64,000 nt of DNA from Gammaproteobacteria bacterium. Its GTDB lineage: Bacteria; Pseudomonadota; Gammaproteobacteria; UBA4575. This document shows positions 9,759-23,322 of this stretch, one piece after another. The notes beneath the pieces are model-generated. The model ran no database searches and had not been told where the DNA came from. It worked only from the letters and a program-made list of their open reading frames with translations. The translations under genes were made by a program, and so were the position numbers. The stretch is from NCBI GenBank assembly GCA_026706595.1, contig JAPOYL010000011.1:69686-133685 (forward strand), read 5' to 3'. How positions within the stretch are numbered: position 1 is the first letter of the stretch; each line of letters starts with the position of its first letter.

Positions 9759-10990
9759 GCCGCAAGACAGAAAGAGACATCCTCGTCGGACTGGATATCG
9801 GTACTTCCAAGGTCACCGCGATTGTGGGCGAGGTGAATGACGAGGACCAGCTGGAGGTGATCGGGCTTGGCACCAGCCCGTCCCGGGGACTGAAAAAAAG
9901 TGTCGTTGTCAATATCGAGTCCACCGTGCAATCCATCCAGCGTGCGGTTGAGGAAGCCGAGTTGATGGCAGGGTGCCAGATACATTCCGTATACACCGGG
10001 ATTGCCGGCAGCCACATCCGCAGCATGAATTCCCATGGCATTGTCGGCATCAAGGACCGGGAAGTCTCCAAGGGGGATGTGGAGCGCGTGATCGATGCCG
10101 CCCGGGCCGTGGCCATTCCCGCAGACCAGAGGGTGCTGCAGGTGATGCCGCAGGAGTTTGTGATTGACCAGCAGGAGGGCATTCGAGAGCCGATCGGCAT
10201 GTCCGGTGTACGCCTCGAGGCAAAAGTCCACCTGGTCACAGGTGCCGTCAGTGTGGCGCAGAACATCATCAAGTGTATTCATCGCTGCGGACTGGAGGTG
10301 GACGATATCATCCTGGAGCAGCTGGCCTCGAGCAGTGCGGTGCTTATGGAAGATGAGAAAGAGCTGGGAATCTGCCTTGTCGATATCGGTGGAGGCACCA
10401 CGGATGTTGCCGTATTCACCGACGGTGCGATCAAGCACACTGCCGTGATCCCGATTGCAGGCACCCAGGTCACCAATGACATCGCGGTGGCCATGCGAAC
10501 CCCGACCCAGCATGCCGAAGATATCAAGATCAGGTATGCCTGTGCACTGCGGCAACTCGCGAATCCCGACGACACCATCGATGTCCCCAGTGCCGGAGAT
10601 CGAGAATCAAGGCAGCTTTCACGCCAGACGCTGGCTGAAATTGTAGAGCCGCGCTATGAGGAGTTGCTTTCGCTGGTGCTGGCTGAACTGGAGCGCAGCG
10701 GTTTCAAGGATCTGGTTGCGGCAGGCGTGGTACTGACCGGTGGCAGTTCAAGGATGGAAGGTGTGGTGGAGCTGGCGGAGGAGATTTTCCACATGCCCGT
10801 GCGTTTGGGTACAGCGCAGAATGTGACGGGCCTGGTGGATGTTGTAAGAAATCCGATTTATGCCACGGGGGTGGGTCTGCTTTTGTTCGGTTTCCAGAAC
10901 CAGAAGCTGGAGCAGAACGCCTTGTCGGGCGAGTCGGTCGTGGCAGGAGCGTTCAATAGGGTAAGGAGTTGGTTTCAAGGGAGTTTTTAA
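9755..10990 (+). CDS. ftsA: cell division protein FtsA
   Basis: Actin-like ATPase: ILVGLDIGTSKV phosphate-1 motif and DIGGGTTD. ATGA overlap with the ftsQ stop. Confidence 0.93.
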   Translation: MSRKTERDILVGLDIGTSKVTAIVGEVNDEDQLEVIGLGTSPSRGLKKSVVVNIESTVQSIQRAVEEAELMAGCQIHSVYTGIAGSHIRSMNSHGIVGIKDREVSKGDVERVIDAARAVAIPADQRVLQVMPQEFVIDQQEGIREPIGMSGVRLEAKVHLVTGAVSVAQNIIKCIHRCGLEVDDIILEQLASSSAVLMEDEKELGICLVDIGGGTTDVAVFTDGAIKHTAVIPIAGTQVTNDIAVAMRTPTQHAEDIKIRYACALRQLANPDDTIDVPSAGDRESRQLSRQTLAEIVEPRYEELLSLVLAELERSGFKDLVAAGVVLTGGSSRMEGVVELAEEIFHMPVRLGTAQNVTGLVDVVRNPIYATGVGLLLFGFQNQKLEQNALSGESVVAGAFNRVRSWFQGSF

Positions 10991-11031
10991 AATCTCATGC
11001 GCTAAGCATGAAAATCTAGAGGAGAAAGGTC

Positions 11032-12183
11032 ATGTTTGAACTGGTAGATACATATGGTGAGAATGCCGTCATCAAGGTGATCGGCGTGGGCGGAGGCGGT
11101 GGAAATGCCGTCATGCACATGGCGCAGTCCAACATTGACGGTGTGGATTTTATCTGTGCGAACACCGATTCGCAGGCGCTGAAAAGCACCAATGTCAAGA
11201 CGGTACTGCAGCTCGGGAACAATATTACCCAGGGACTGGGAGCCGGGGCCAACCCGGTAGTGGGCCGCGAGGCTGCACTTGAAGACCAGGACCGTATCCG
11301 TGAGTCCATCGCGGGAGCGGACATGCTGTTCATCACCGCCGGCATGGGTGGCGGAACCGGTACCGGTGCGGCGCCTGTGGTGGCAGAAATCGCCGAGGAA
11401 CTGGGTGTTTTGACGGTTGCCGTGGTAACCAAGCCGTTTCCCTTCGAGGGTGACAAGCGTATGAAGATCGCCAATGCCGGTATCGAGGAGCTCGTCAAGC
11501 ATGTTGACTCGCTGATCACGATACCCAATGAAAAGCTGCTGGCGGTCCTGGGCCGGGAAACCAACCTGCTGGATGCGTTCAAATCGGCCAACGACGTCCT
11601 GCGCGGTGCCGTGCAGGGAATCGCCGAACTGATCACCTGCCCGGGACTGATCAACGTGGATTTCGCCGATGTGCGCACGGTGATGTCGGAGATGGGAATG
11701 GCCATGATGGGCTCAGGCACCTCAACGGGTGCAGAGCGGGCACGCGAAGCTTCGGAAGCCGCGATCTCCAGTCCGTTGCTCGAGGACGTCAATATCGCGG
11801 GTGCCAAGGGTATTCTCGTGAATGTGACCGCAAGCGCCGGACTTTCCATTGGCGAATTCGACGAAATTGGCAGTCATATCAAGGGCTTGGCCTCGGATGA
11901 CGCTACGGTGGTCGTCGGCACGGTGATCGACGAGTCCATGCAGGACAGCCTGCGCGTGACGCTGGTGGCGACCGGCATCGGGTCAAAAACCACGCCGGCT
12001 CCGGCCAAACCCAAGATAACGCTGGTGGAGACCCCGGCCAAGAAGCCGGTCAAGGTCATGGATGAAGAGGTGAACAGCGCCAAGGGGCATGCCAAGCCTG
12101 GACCTGAAGTTGCCGCGAAAAACCAGGGGTACGATCTGGATTATCTGGATATTCCTACATTTTTGCGCACGCAAGCCGACTGA
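11032..12183 (+). CDS. ftsZ: cell division GTPase FtsZ
   Basis: Tubulin signature GGGTGTG, the NTD motif, and the conserved C-terminal peptide [22 protein letters not shown] upstream. Confidence 0.97.
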   Translation: MFELVDTYGENAVIKVIGVGGGGGNAVMHMAQSNIDGVDFICANTDSQALKSTNVKTVLQLGNNITQGLGAGANPVVGREAALEDQDRIRESIAGADMLFITAGMGGGTGTGAAPVVAEIAEELGVLTVAVVTKPFPFEGDKRMKIANAGIEELVKHVDSLITIPNEKLLAVLGRETNLLDAFKSANDVLRGAVQGIAELITCPGLINVDFADVRTVMSEMGMAMMGSGTSTGAERAREASEAAISSPLLEDVNIAGAKGILVNVTASAGLSIGEFDEIGSHIKGLASDDATVVVGTVIDESMQDSLRVTLVATGIGSKTTPAPAKPKITLVETPAKKPVKVMDEEVNSAKGHAKPGPEVAAKNQGYDLDYLDIPTFLRTQAD

Positions 12184-12337
12184 GCGGCGCACGCTTGGCG
12201 AAGCCAGGGTTTAAAATCTCTGGTGTAGTCATCGGGAAATTGTGTAATATTACAGAGATATTACCTGTTGCTCGGTATGCGGCTTGGGGATGCTGAAGGA
12301 ATCAGCGGCTGATAGCGATCTATAGGATGTACGGCCT

Positions 12338-13255
12338 GTGATACAACAAAGAACACTAAAGAATGTCATACGTGCGACGGGTGTAGGCCTACATACCGGC
12401 AAGAAAATCTACCTGACACTGCGCCCGGCACCTGTGGATTCCGGGGTCATTTTCCGTCGGGTTGATCTTGATCCGCCCCTTGAAATCAAGGCCAGTCCCG
12501 AGAATGTCGGCGATACCAGTCTGTCCACGACGCTGGTGTCCAAAGGTGTGCGTATTTCCACAGTCGAGCATCTGCTCTCTGCGATGGCGGGTCTGGGCAT
12601 AGACAATGCGTACGTGGATGTCAGTGCTCCGGAAGTGCCCATCATGGATGGCAGTGCGGGCCCCTTCGTTTTCCTGGTGCAATCCTCAGGCATCGTTGAG
12701 CAGAATGCCGCCAAGCGATTCATCCGGATCACCCGGTCCGTGAAGGTCAAGGAAGGCGACAAATGGGCCAGGTTTGACCCGTTCGATGGATTCAAGGTCG
12801 GGTTCATGATCGATTTCGATCACCCGGTCTTCAAGGCCGGTCCGCAAAAGGCCGAACTGGATTTTTCGACGACCTCTTTCGTCAAGGAAATATCACGATC
12901 TCGCACCTTCGGATTCATGCGCGACTTCGAGGCCCTGCGTTCACGCAACCTGGCGCTGGGAGGGAGCCTGGACAACTCGATTGCCGTGGATGATCACCGC
13001 ATCCTGAATGAGGACGGTCTGCGCTACGAGGATGAGTTTGTCAAACACAAGATTCTGGATGCCATCGGCGACCTGTACCTGCTCGGCCACAGCCTGATCG
13101 GTGCGTTCAGCGGCTACAAATCGGGACATGCCCTGAACAACAAGCTGCTGAGAAAACTGGTCGAAGATACGAATGCCTGGGAGGAAGTTACTTTCGAGGA
13201 TGGTGAGGAGAAAGTGCCCATCCTCTACAGTTCTCCTATCAGCGCCAACATCTAG
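12338..13255 (+). CDS. lpxC: UDP-3-O-acyl-N-acetylglucosamine deacetylase LpxC
   Basis: [23 protein letters not shown] is near-identical to the E. coli LpxC N-terminus. GTG start. Immediately after ftsZ. Confidence 0.93.
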   Translation: MIQQRTLKNVIRATGVGLHTGKKIYLTLRPAPVDSGVIFRRVDLDPPLEIKASPENVGDTSLSTTLVSKGVRISTVEHLLSAMAGLGIDNAYVDVSAPEVPIMDGSAGPFVFLVQSSGIVEQNAAKRFIRITRSVKVKEGDKWARFDPFDGFKVGFMIDFDHPVFKAGPQKAELDFSTTSFVKEISRSRTFGFMRDFEALRSRNLALGGSLDNSIAVDDHRILNEDGLRYEDEFVKHKILDAIGDLYLLGHSLIGAFSGYKSGHALNNKLLRKLVEDTNAWEEVTFEDGEEKVPILYSSPISANI

Positions 13256-13280
13256 TGACTGTCCGCCTGCCCGGCGTCCC

Positions 13281-13706
13281 TCAGTCCTTCCTGCCCTGTC
13301 TTGCCAGCCGGCGCAGCGCTTCTTTCAGTTCATGATCCTGTACGTGTTCGGCACATGCATTGATATGGCGGGCGCTGTCCGCCGAGAGGGGTGTGGCCGG
13401 TGCTGGTGGCTTTGGCTCACTGGTGGTTTTTCGGATTTTAATCTTTATCCGATTTAGGTATTCTCTTACCGCAAGGCCAAGCTCCTGGTTGAGTTGTTTC
13501 AGAATTTCATACTGCTGAAACCGGAGCAGGCTGGCATGGCCGGGGTCATCCGTGATGATTGTCAGGGTCCGGTCGTCGATGCTGGCTACCCAGCAGTGGC
13601 TGGCCAGTGTGGCAGGCAACTGCATCCTCAGGCTCAGGGTGAGCCGGTGCAGCAGCCTGGTTTTATTTTGCAGGCCTGTACTGATGTATGACGAGAGTTT
13701 CTGCAT
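13281..13706 (-). CDS. DUF721 family protein (DciA-like replicative helicase loader)
   Basis: About 140 aa, basic C-terminus. Conserved lpxC / DUF721 / M23 peptidase / secA synteny as in Pseudomonas. The internal Met (MQKLSSY) is the likely start. The track ORF begins 6 codons upstream at 13724. Confidence 0.6.
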   Translation of the reverse strand: MQKLSSYISTGLQNKTRLLHRLTLSLRMQLPATLASHCWVASIDDRTLTIITDDPGHASLLRFQQYEILKQLNQELGLAVREYLNRIKIKIRKTTSEPKPPAPATPLSADSARHINACAEHVQDHELKEALRRLARQGRKD

Positions 13707-13758
13707 CCGGATGGGCTCAGCCAAGGATGTTCAATAATCCAGATTAACTGTAACTGCA

Positions 13759-14664
13759 ATGAACATTATCATTTTCCCCCGGTCGTGCCTACGCCTCCTG
13801 TATGTCGAGCCGCGCAAGTGGTACCGGGCCGGCCTGCTTGCCGGTGCGATGCTGACACTGACGGTATTGCTCGGCTGCGGGTACATGCTGGGTCTGCACT
13901 TCGGCAATGAAGTGATCTTGAGCCAGTGGAAGGATGATATCGCAGAACATGAAGAGCGGCTGCAGCTGGCTCGCCAGGAAACCCGGGCTGAAGTCAGTGC
14001 ACTGACCACTCAGGCAGGGATGCTGCAGGCGCAGGTGCAGCGCATCGACGTGCTGGGCAGCGTGCTGATTGAAATGACAGGGCTTGAGCCTGAAGAGTTC
14101 AGCTTTGAGCCGGAATCCGGGATCGGCGGGCCAGCTCCGGTGATGGATGCCCCCGACGGCAGGCAACTGAAGATTGAATCCGAATTCGAACAGATCCAGA
14201 ACAACCTGGAGGCGCGCGAGCGCCAGCTGCAGGTGATCCGCGATGCGCTGGTCGACGAGAAGGTCAGGCAGGAAACCGAGCCACAGGGCCGACCGGTCGA
14301 GTACAGCTGGGTGTCCTCCCTGTTCGGCAAGCGCCGTGACCCCTTTACAGGTCACCCCGAACTGCACCATGGCGTGGATTTTGCCGGCCAGTCCGGCAGC
14401 AACGTGATGGCCGTTGCCGGGGGGATCGTCACGCGTGCGCGCAGGAACGGCGACTACGGCAAGCTGGTGGAAATTGATCACGGCAATGGCTACATGTCGC
14501 GCTATGCGCACAACAAGGTCTTGCTGGTGAAGGCAGGTGAGGTGGTTCGGCGCGGACACGTGATCGCCAAGCTGGGCAATACCGGCCGCTCGACGGGCCC
14601 CCATGTCCACTTCGAGATACTCAAGGACGGTGTCCAGATCGACCCGATGAAGTTCGTCAAGTAG
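13759..14664 (+). CDS. M23 family metallopeptidase (membrane-anchored, coiled-coil, EnvC/NlpD-like)
   Basis: N-terminal TM, central coiled-coil, and a C-terminal LytM domain with HxxxD and HxH motifs (HGVDFAG...GPHVHFEI). Confidence 0.85.
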   Translation: MNIIIFPRSCLRLLYVEPRKWYRAGLLAGAMLTLTVLLGCGYMLGLHFGNEVILSQWKDDIAEHEERLQLARQETRAEVSALTTQAGMLQAQVQRIDVLGSVLIEMTGLEPEEFSFEPESGIGGPAPVMDAPDGRQLKIESEFEQIQNNLEARERQLQVIRDALVDEKVRQETEPQGRPVEYSWVSSLFGKRRDPFTGHPELHHGVDFAGQSGSNVMAVAGGIVTRARRNGDYGKLVEIDHGNGYMSRYAHNKVLLVKAGEVVRRGHVIAKLGNTGRSTGPHVHFEILKDGVQIDPMKFVK

Positions 14665-14838
14665 CTTGGCTGCAGGCGGCTCCCAATTTACCTGGTCCAC
14701 ACCTTGCCCAGCGACGTGCACAAGCTGGTATCCTGCACGAGCCCGTTCGCGCTGCACGTGAGAACCACCGGATTTTGCCCATCGCCCGGGCTGTGCGGGA
14801 TGCGTTCCCGGCTTTCCGGCAATTGATGTAAGCACGCA

Positions 14839-17580
<2,742 letters not shown>

Positions 17581-17607
17581 GGGCCGTTTCCTGGAATCCG
17601 GTTTGGC

Positions 17608-18825
17608 ATGGTAATCTCACTGAATCCTCCCGAGCGACTGTCGCCGGTAAAAGGCATCCGGCTGGCGACGGCTGCGGCGGGCCTGCGCTACCGGGACCGG
17701 GATGACCTGGTCCTGGTGGAAATCTGCGAACAGGCCCAAACTGCAGCCCTGTTCACAGCCAACCGCTTTTGCGCGGCGCCCGTGGTTATCGCCCGCCGCC
17801 ATCTGGCTGCGGCACAACCCCGCTACCTGTTGATCAATGCCGGCAATGCCAATGCCGGCCTCGGTGAGCCGGGCCTGGATGATGCCCAGGTCACCTGTGC
17901 GGCACTCGCGAACGCGGGTGGTTGCCGGGAAACCGAAGTCCTGCCATTTTCCACCGGGGTCATCGGTGAACGCCTGGCCGTTGAGAAAATCACCTCGCAC
18001 TGCTCCTCGCTGGTGGGCAAACTGCAAGAAGATGCCTGGCTGCCCGCGGCACAGGCCATCATGACGACAGACACGGTCTGCAAGGGCCAGTCCCGACAGC
18101 TGCAACTGGACGGCAAGGCCGTGACGATCACGGGCATCGCCAAGGGCGCAGGGATGATTCGCCCGGACATGGCGACCATGCTGGCATTTGTTGCCACGGA
18201 CCTGGAGGTTGGCCCCGAGCAGGCGGTACGGCTTGTACGGGAAGCCACGCAGCAGTCATTTCACTGCATCACGGTCGATGGGGATACCTCAACCAACGAT
18301 GCCTGCGTGCTGATGGCCACCGCACGTTCCGGCGCGCGCTTCAGTGAACTGTCGACACCGGCCATGCAGGAATTCACCCGGGCGCTGAATTCCCTGTTCC
18401 TGTCCCTGGCCCAGGCCATTGTCCGCGACGGTGAGGGTGTGACGAAATACATTTGCATCCGGATCGAGCAGGCGCACAGTGAGAAGACGGCGCGCGACAT
18501 CGCATTCACCATTGCACACTCGCCGCTGGTCAAGACCTCGGCCTTCGCAAGTGATCCAAACTGGGGGCGCATCGTGGCTGCTGCCGGGCGTGCTCCGGGG
18601 GCGGCCCTGGACATGGATCGACTGTCCCTGTACATCAACGGCCTGGCGGTGATCGAGAACGGACAGCCTGCCCCGGGGTACACGGAGGCGGCAGGCTCCC
18701 AGGCAATGCAGGGCGAGGAGCTTGAGTTACGTCTTGCGCTGGGGTCGGGCAAGGCTACGGCGCAGATATGGACCACGGATCTCTCCCACGACTACGTGAG
18801 GATCAACGCGGAGTACCGGACCTGA
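17608..18825 (+). CDS. argJ: bifunctional glutamate N-acetyltransferase/amino-acid acetyltransferase ArgJ
   Basis: ArgJ fold with the autoproteolytic ATML/TTDT region (IMTTDTV). Follows secA as in Pseudomonas. Confidence 0.9.
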   Translation: MVISLNPPERLSPVKGIRLATAAAGLRYRDRDDLVLVEICEQAQTAALFTANRFCAAPVVIARRHLAAAQPRYLLINAGNANAGLGEPGLDDAQVTCAALANAGGCRETEVLPFSTGVIGERLAVEKITSHCSSLVGKLQEDAWLPAAQAIMTTDTVCKGQSRQLQLDGKAVTITGIAKGAGMIRPDMATMLAFVATDLEVGPEQAVRLVREATQQSFHCITVDGDTSTNDACVLMATARSGARFSELSTPAMQEFTRALNSLFLSLAQAIVRDGEGVTKYICIRIEQAHSEKTARDIAFTIAHSPLVKTSAFASDPNWGRIVAAAGRAPGAALDMDRLSLYINGLAVIENGQPAPGYTEAAGSQAMQGEELELRLALGSGKATAQIWTTDLSHDYVRINAEYRT

Positions 18826-18857
18826 GTGTTTCTCCCTTGAGCTCGGCCGCACCGCTC

Positions 18858-19787
18858 GTGCACGTGGTGGTCGGCATCGTGGAAAACTCAAGGGACGAAA
18901 TTCTGGTGATGAGGCGGCGCGCGGACGGTCATCTGGGTGGCCATGTCGAGTTTCCGGGCGGCAAGCTCGAAGCCGGCGAGTCTCCCGAGGCGGCACTGCA
19001 GCGTGAACTGAAAGAAGAGCTGGACATCGACATGTGCCGCTGTCGCCCCCTGATCCAAATCCCGTACTCCTATGCCGACAGAAACATTTTTCTGGATGTG
19101 TTCAGGGTGAGCGAATACTCGGGCGGGGCACGGTCGGTCGAGGGGCAGGAGATTGCATGGAAGAGCATCCCGGCCCTGGAAGGCCTGCGATTTCCAAAGG
19201 CGAACCACGGCATCGTGCGCGCACTGCAGTTACCGGGATTGATTCCGGTAACCCCCGGCGCGGAACAGGTCCAGGATTTCCTGCAGCATTTTGAAGACAC
19301 GGTCAGGCAGTCCGGGGTCGGACTGATCCATTTTCGCTCGCACGAACTGGACCCCCGGCACTATCTGCAACTGGCCGGGGAATGCCTGCGAACCTGTCAC
19401 CGCCACCAGGTGCGCCTGGTGCTGAACGCGGACGCTTCCTCTCTCAAACAGATTGATGCGGGCGGCCTGCATTTGACGAGCCGCAGGCTGGAGGCTGTGG
19501 ACACCAGACCGCTGGGCAGGGAGTACTTGGTCAGCGCCTCCTGCCACACGCTGGATGAAGTGCTGCATGCTTCGCAAGCAGGCCTGGACTACCTGTTCCT
19601 GGGCCCGGTGCGGGAGAAGGTTTCCGGTGGGCCCTTTGAGCCGTTGGGCTGGAAGCATTTTGCCCGCCTGGCGCGGCAAAGTGCCATTCCGGTGTATGCG
19701 ATCGGGGGCCTGGGTCCGGCAGACATCGATGTCGCCATTGCCCACGGAGGCCAAGGTGTAGCCGCCATCCGTGCCGTATGGCAGTAA
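18858..19787 (+). CDS. NUDIX hydrolase (MutT-like) fused to a thiamine-phosphate synthase/TenI-like domain
   Basis: N-terminal Nudix box GGKLEAGESPEAALQRELKEELDI. C-terminal TIM-barrel ThiE/TenI-like region (VYAIGGLGPADI). Start uncertain: the GTG at 18858 is chosen, but the track ORF starts at 18768 overlapping argJ. Confidence 0.75.
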   Translation: MHVVVGIVENSRDEILVMRRRADGHLGGHVEFPGGKLEAGESPEAALQRELKEELDIDMCRCRPLIQIPYSYADRNIFLDVFRVSEYSGGARSVEGQEIAWKSIPALEGLRFPKANHGIVRALQLPGLIPVTPGAEQVQDFLQHFEDTVRQSGVGLIHFRSHELDPRHYLQLAGECLRTCHRHQVRLVLNADASSLKQIDAGGLHLTSRRLEAVDTRPLGREYLVSASCHTLDEVLHASQAGLDYLFLGPVREKVSGGPFEPLGWKHFARLARQSAIPVYAIGGLGPADIDVAIAHGGQGVAAIRAVWQ

Positions 19788-19803
19788 TGCGTCTCGGGAG
19801 AGG

Positions 19804-20565
19804 CTAGAAGCCGCAGCAGGCCAGCTTGAACTCGATGTCGCTTCCGGTCTGCTTGGGCGTTTCACCCGCGCTGGACTGGGTCAGAAAGCGTATGGAGAAG
19901 CGCTGTTTTCCTGCACTGCACTCCGGGAAATAAGCCCGGTCTACACTGATACGGATCATCTGGCACGGTGTGGCTGGATCTAGGCTCTGGTGGTAGAAGC
20001 CATTCGTTGCCACCTGCTGGCTGAACGGCACGCTTTGGCGGATGAGTTGCAGGGACTGGGTGATGCCTTTACCAACCACCTGGAATGGCTCGATCCAGTC
20101 CATCAGTTCCTGCCTGCGCTGTGTGAACGATTGCCCCAGCCAGTGGTGGTATTCCGGGACGTCGAAGTCGCAGGTGCCTCCCGGGATGGAGGTCCTTTGA
20201 CGGATGCTGCTGATGAAGTCGTTGCTTTTCAGGTGGTCATTGATCTGGCCGTGGACCTCATGCAGTTCATCATACGCTGCCTTGTGTCCGGCCAGGATGC
20301 TGTTCAGCTTGACAGTATCGATCTTGGGCTGGTCTGCAAGCAGTTCCAGCGCATCGATCTGTCGCTTGAGCTGTTTCAGCAACTCCTGCTTTATGTCCCC
20401 GCGTGAAACCAGGTTGAAAATCTCGATCAGCGTGAGCAATGCCCCATGGGTGTCGTAAGGCTTGTCCTGCCGGGCGAAGAATGCAAACCGGTCGGCCAGC
20501 TGCTCGTAGCGCAGAAAGGTACGTATTCTCTCGTTCAGCGGCTGCTCGTAGCTGATGGTAGACAT
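19804..20565 (-). CDS. zapD: cell division protein ZapD
   Basis: MSTISYEQPLNERIRTFLRYE matches the E. coli ZapD N-terminus (EHPLNEKMRTWLRIE). Operon position upstream of coaE on the minus strand. Confidence 0.8.
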   Translation of the reverse strand: MSTISYEQPLNERIRTFLRYEQLADRFAFFARQDKPYDTHGALLTLIEIFNLVSRGDIKQELLKQLKRQIDALELLADQPKIDTVKLNSILAGHKAAYDELHEVHGQINDHLKSNDFISSIRQRTSIPGGTCDFDVPEYHHWLGQSFTQRRQELMDWIEPFQVVGKGITQSLQLIRQSVPFSQQVATNGFYHQSLDPATPCQMIRISVDRAYFPECSAGKQRFSIRFLTQSSAGETPKQTGSDIEFKLACCGF

Positions 20566-20579
20566 TGTGGTGCGTTTAT

Positions 20580-21188
20580 TCACGACACATCAGAGGGCTG
20601 GCCCAAAGTACTGTACTTATCATGCAGTATAGCAACCTTTTTCCGCAAACTTTTCAGGCTGCTGCAATTGTCGAGGACATCGTCGGCCTGCTTGAGCCGG
20701 GTGTCGCGGTCAAGCTGTGCCGAAATGATGGCGTCCACATGTGCCCGGCTGCAATGGTCCCGGGACATGACCCGTTCGGCCTGTTGCTCGACCGTGCAGT
20801 CGATGACGAGAATACGATCAGTCAGACCGGTGCCTTCGGTCTCGAGCAGCAAGGGAATCACGAGGATGCAGTACACGGCATCGAGCTGGAGGAGCTGGCG
20901 CCTGATTTCCCGGTATACCAGTGGGTGCAGCAGGCCTTCAAGGGTGCGGCGAAGGTTGGCGTCCGCGAAGACGGCCTGCCGCAACCGGTCACGCAACAGG
21001 GTCCGGCGGCTGTCGAAATAGTCATCCCCGAAAGTCTCGTGCAGTTGTTCAAGGACCTCTTCGGTTTCCGTCAGCTGTCGGGCGATGACATCGGCATCGA
21101 TGACCGGGACATTGAAGTCCTGTTCGAAGATACCGGCGACCGCCGACTTGCCGCAGCCGATGCCGCCTGTAAGGCCAACTACTAACAT
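20580..21188 (-). CDS. coaE: dephospho-CoA kinase
   Basis: MLVVGLTGGIGCGKSAV P-loop, about 200 aa. Confidence 0.9.
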   Translation of the reverse strand: MLVVGLTGGIGCGKSAVAGIFEQDFNVPVIDADVIARQLTETEEVLEQLHETFGDDYFDSRRTLLRDRLRQAVFADANLRRTLEGLLHPLVYREIRRQLLQLDAVYCILVIPLLLETEGTGLTDRILVIDCTVEQQAERVMSRDHCSRAHVDAIISAQLDRDTRLKQADDVLDNCSSLKSLRKKVAILHDKYSTLGQPSDVS

Positions 21189-21237
21189 CGCTATGGATAC
21201 GGGGTATACTGTAAAGACTCGCTTTGTCCCTCACCTT

Positions 21238-22401
21238 ATGAATATACATGAATACCAGGCCAAGGCCATTTTCTCGCGCTTTGGCGTGCCTGTTCTGGAC
21301 TCACACCTGGTTCGCCCGGGCGACGATGTGGAGCAGTTCTGCGAGTCCTTGGAGTCGCATGCCTGGGTTGTGAAGGCCCAGGTGCACGCAGGCGGGCGCG
21401 GCAAGGCCGGCGGTGTGATAAGGGCGGACAGCCGGCAGGATCTTGCCTCTGCCGTCTCCGGGATGCTTGGGGCCCGGCTGGTGACCCGCCAGACCGGTGA
21501 GGAAGGCCTGCCGGTGCAGGCCGTTTTGCTCGAAGCGGCCGTACAGATCCGCCGGGAGCTGTATCTGGCCCTGCTGGTAGACCGCGAGGCCGGGCAGGTC
21601 GCGATCATCGCTTCGGCCGCCGGCGGCATGGATATCGAGCAGGTCGCGCAACAGGCCCCTGACAAGATCATCGCGCAACATGTCCATCCGGCAGCCGGTC
21701 TGCAGCCCAGCCAGGTCCGCACGCTGGCCTATGCCCTGGGCCTGCAGAAGGACCAGGTTCGGCAGTTGCAGGCCATCCTGTTTGCCCTGTTCGAGATGTT
21801 TATTTCCAGCGATTGCAGCCTGGTGGAAATCAATCCGCTGATCATCGACGGGGATGACCGGCTGGTGGCACTGGATGCCAAAATCAACATCGATGACAAC
21901 GCGCTGTACCGCCAGGCGGACATCGCAAAGCTTCGCGATGCTACGCAGGGCAACCGTGACGAGGAGCGGGCCTGCGAACTGGGCCTCAATTATGTCCAGC
22001 TGGACGGGCGTATCGGCTGCATCGTGAACGGGGCCGGGCTTGCCATGGCTACCATGGACCTCGTCAAACACCAGGGCGGAGAGCCAGCCAATTTTCTGGA
22101 CGTGGGCGGGGCAATCACCCAGGAAAAGGTTGCCGAGGCCTTCAAGCTGGTGGTGCACGATGCACGTGTCAAGGCGGTACTGGTCAACATTTTCGGCGGC
22201 ATCGTGCGCTGTGACCTGATCGCGCGGGGTATCCTCGATGCCCTGCAGAGCGTTTCGCTGAAGGTGCCGGTCATCGTCTTGCTGCAGGGCACCCGGGCAG
22301 CCGAGGGCAGGAAGCTGCTCGAGAACCGGGATGCGGGGCTTCATCAGGCCGATACGCTGACCGAAGCGGCGCAACGGGCGATCCGTCTTGCCCGAACCTG
22401 A
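21238..22401 (+). CDS. sucC: succinate--CoA ligase [ADP-forming] beta subunit
   Basis: [20 protein letters not shown]-terminus, ATP-grasp and CoA-ligase domains. Track ORF 21085 is 5'-extended. Confidence 0.93.
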   Translation: MNIHEYQAKAIFSRFGVPVLDSHLVRPGDDVEQFCESLESHAWVVKAQVHAGGRGKAGGVIRADSRQDLASAVSGMLGARLVTRQTGEEGLPVQAVLLEAAVQIRRELYLALLVDREAGQVAIIASAAGGMDIEQVAQQAPDKIIAQHVHPAAGLQPSQVRTLAYALGLQKDQVRQLQAILFALFEMFISSDCSLVEINPLIIDGDDRLVALDAKINIDDNALYRQADIAKLRDATQGNRDEERACELGLNYVQLDGRIGCIVNGAGLAMATMDLVKHQGGEPANFLDVGGAITQEKVAEAFKLVVHDARVKAVLVNIFGGIVRCDLIARGILDALQSVSLKVPVIVLLQGTRAAEGRKLLENRDAGLHQADTLTEAAQRAIRLART

Positions 22402-22427
22402 ACCGGCGTACCGTTGATCTGCAGTCC

Positions 22428-23300
22428 ATGAGCGTTCTTGTCGGGAGAGATACAAAGGTGCTGTGCCAGGGCATGACAGGTGCCCAGGGCACGTTTCATA
22501 CGCAACAGGCCCTGGACTACGGCACACAGGTGATCGCAGGGGTGACCCCGGGGCGGGGCGGGAGTTCTCACCTCGGGCTTCCCGTGTTTGACACCGTAGA
22601 CCAGGCACGCCAGGAGCACCAAGTCGATGCCAGTGTCATTTATGTTCCGGCTGCCTTTGCCGCGGATGCCATTCTCGAGTCCGCCTATGCAGGGGTCCCG
22701 CTGATTGTCTGTATTACCGAAGGAATCCCGATCCTCGACATGGTGAAAGTGAATGCGGTGCTTGAGAACTCGGATTCCGTGCTGGTGGGGCCGAACTGCC
22801 CGGGGGTCATCACCCCGGGGGAATGCAAAATCGGAATCATGCCAGGCGACATTCACCGTCCCGGCCAGGTCGGGATCGTTTCGCGCTCGGGCACCCTGAC
22901 CTATGTGGCCGTGGACCAGACCGTGCAGCATGGCATGGGCCAGTCCACCTGCATCGGTATTGGCGGAGACCCGATCCACGGGCTGGACTTCATCGACTGC
23001 CTGGCGCTGTTTGAACAGGACAAAGCCACGCAAGGCATCATCCTCGTCGGTGAGATCGGCGGCCAGGCCGAGGAACAGGCGGCCGAATATATCCAGGAAA
23101 AGGTATCGAAGCCGGTCGTGGCCTATGTGGCCGGTGTTACTGCACCCCCCGGCAAACGCATGGGGCATGCGGGGGCGATCATCAGCGGTGGCAAGGGAGG
23201 TGCCGAACAGAAGTACCGGGCCTTCGAGAAGGCCGGTGTCACCACCTCGCACAATCCCGCTGAACTCGGTGCGCTCATGCGTGCTCTGCTGGACCGTTGA
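22428..23300 (+). CDS. sucD: succinate--CoA ligase alpha subunit
   Basis: [15 protein letters not shown], the catalytic-His region SRSGTLTY and GHAGAII. Confidence 0.93.
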   Translation: MSVLVGRDTKVLCQGMTGAQGTFHTQQALDYGTQVIAGVTPGRGGSSHLGLPVFDTVDQARQEHQVDASVIYVPAAFAADAILESAYAGVPLIVCITEGIPILDMVKVNAVLENSDSVLVGPNCPGVITPGECKIGIMPGDIHRPGQVGIVSRSGTLTYVAVDQTVQHGMGQSTCIGIGGDPIHGLDFIDCLALFEQDKATQGIILVGEIGGQAEEQAAEYIQEKVSKPVVAYVAGVTAPPGKRMGHAGAIISGGKGGAEQKYRAFEKAGVTTSHNPAELGALMRALLDR

Positions 23301-23322
23301 CCTGCGGGGTTTTCTGGCTGTG

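Noticed and set aside
14665-14838. Looked for a secM-like secretion-monitor leader ORF upstream of secA.
   Set aside because: No ORF with an arrest motif (FxxxxWIxxxxGIRAGP) or signal peptide is present. The region is a plain 174-bp promoter.
19771-20406. Plus-strand ORFs 19771-19983 and 19990-20406 between the NUDIX-ThiE gene and coaE.
   Set aside because: They lie antisense to the well-supported zapD gene and have no recognisable domains.
21238-23300. sucCD standing alone without sucAB/lpd considered as a possible rearrangement.
   Set aside because: Separate sucCD loci are common outside Enterobacteriaceae. Nothing in the sequence indicates disruption.
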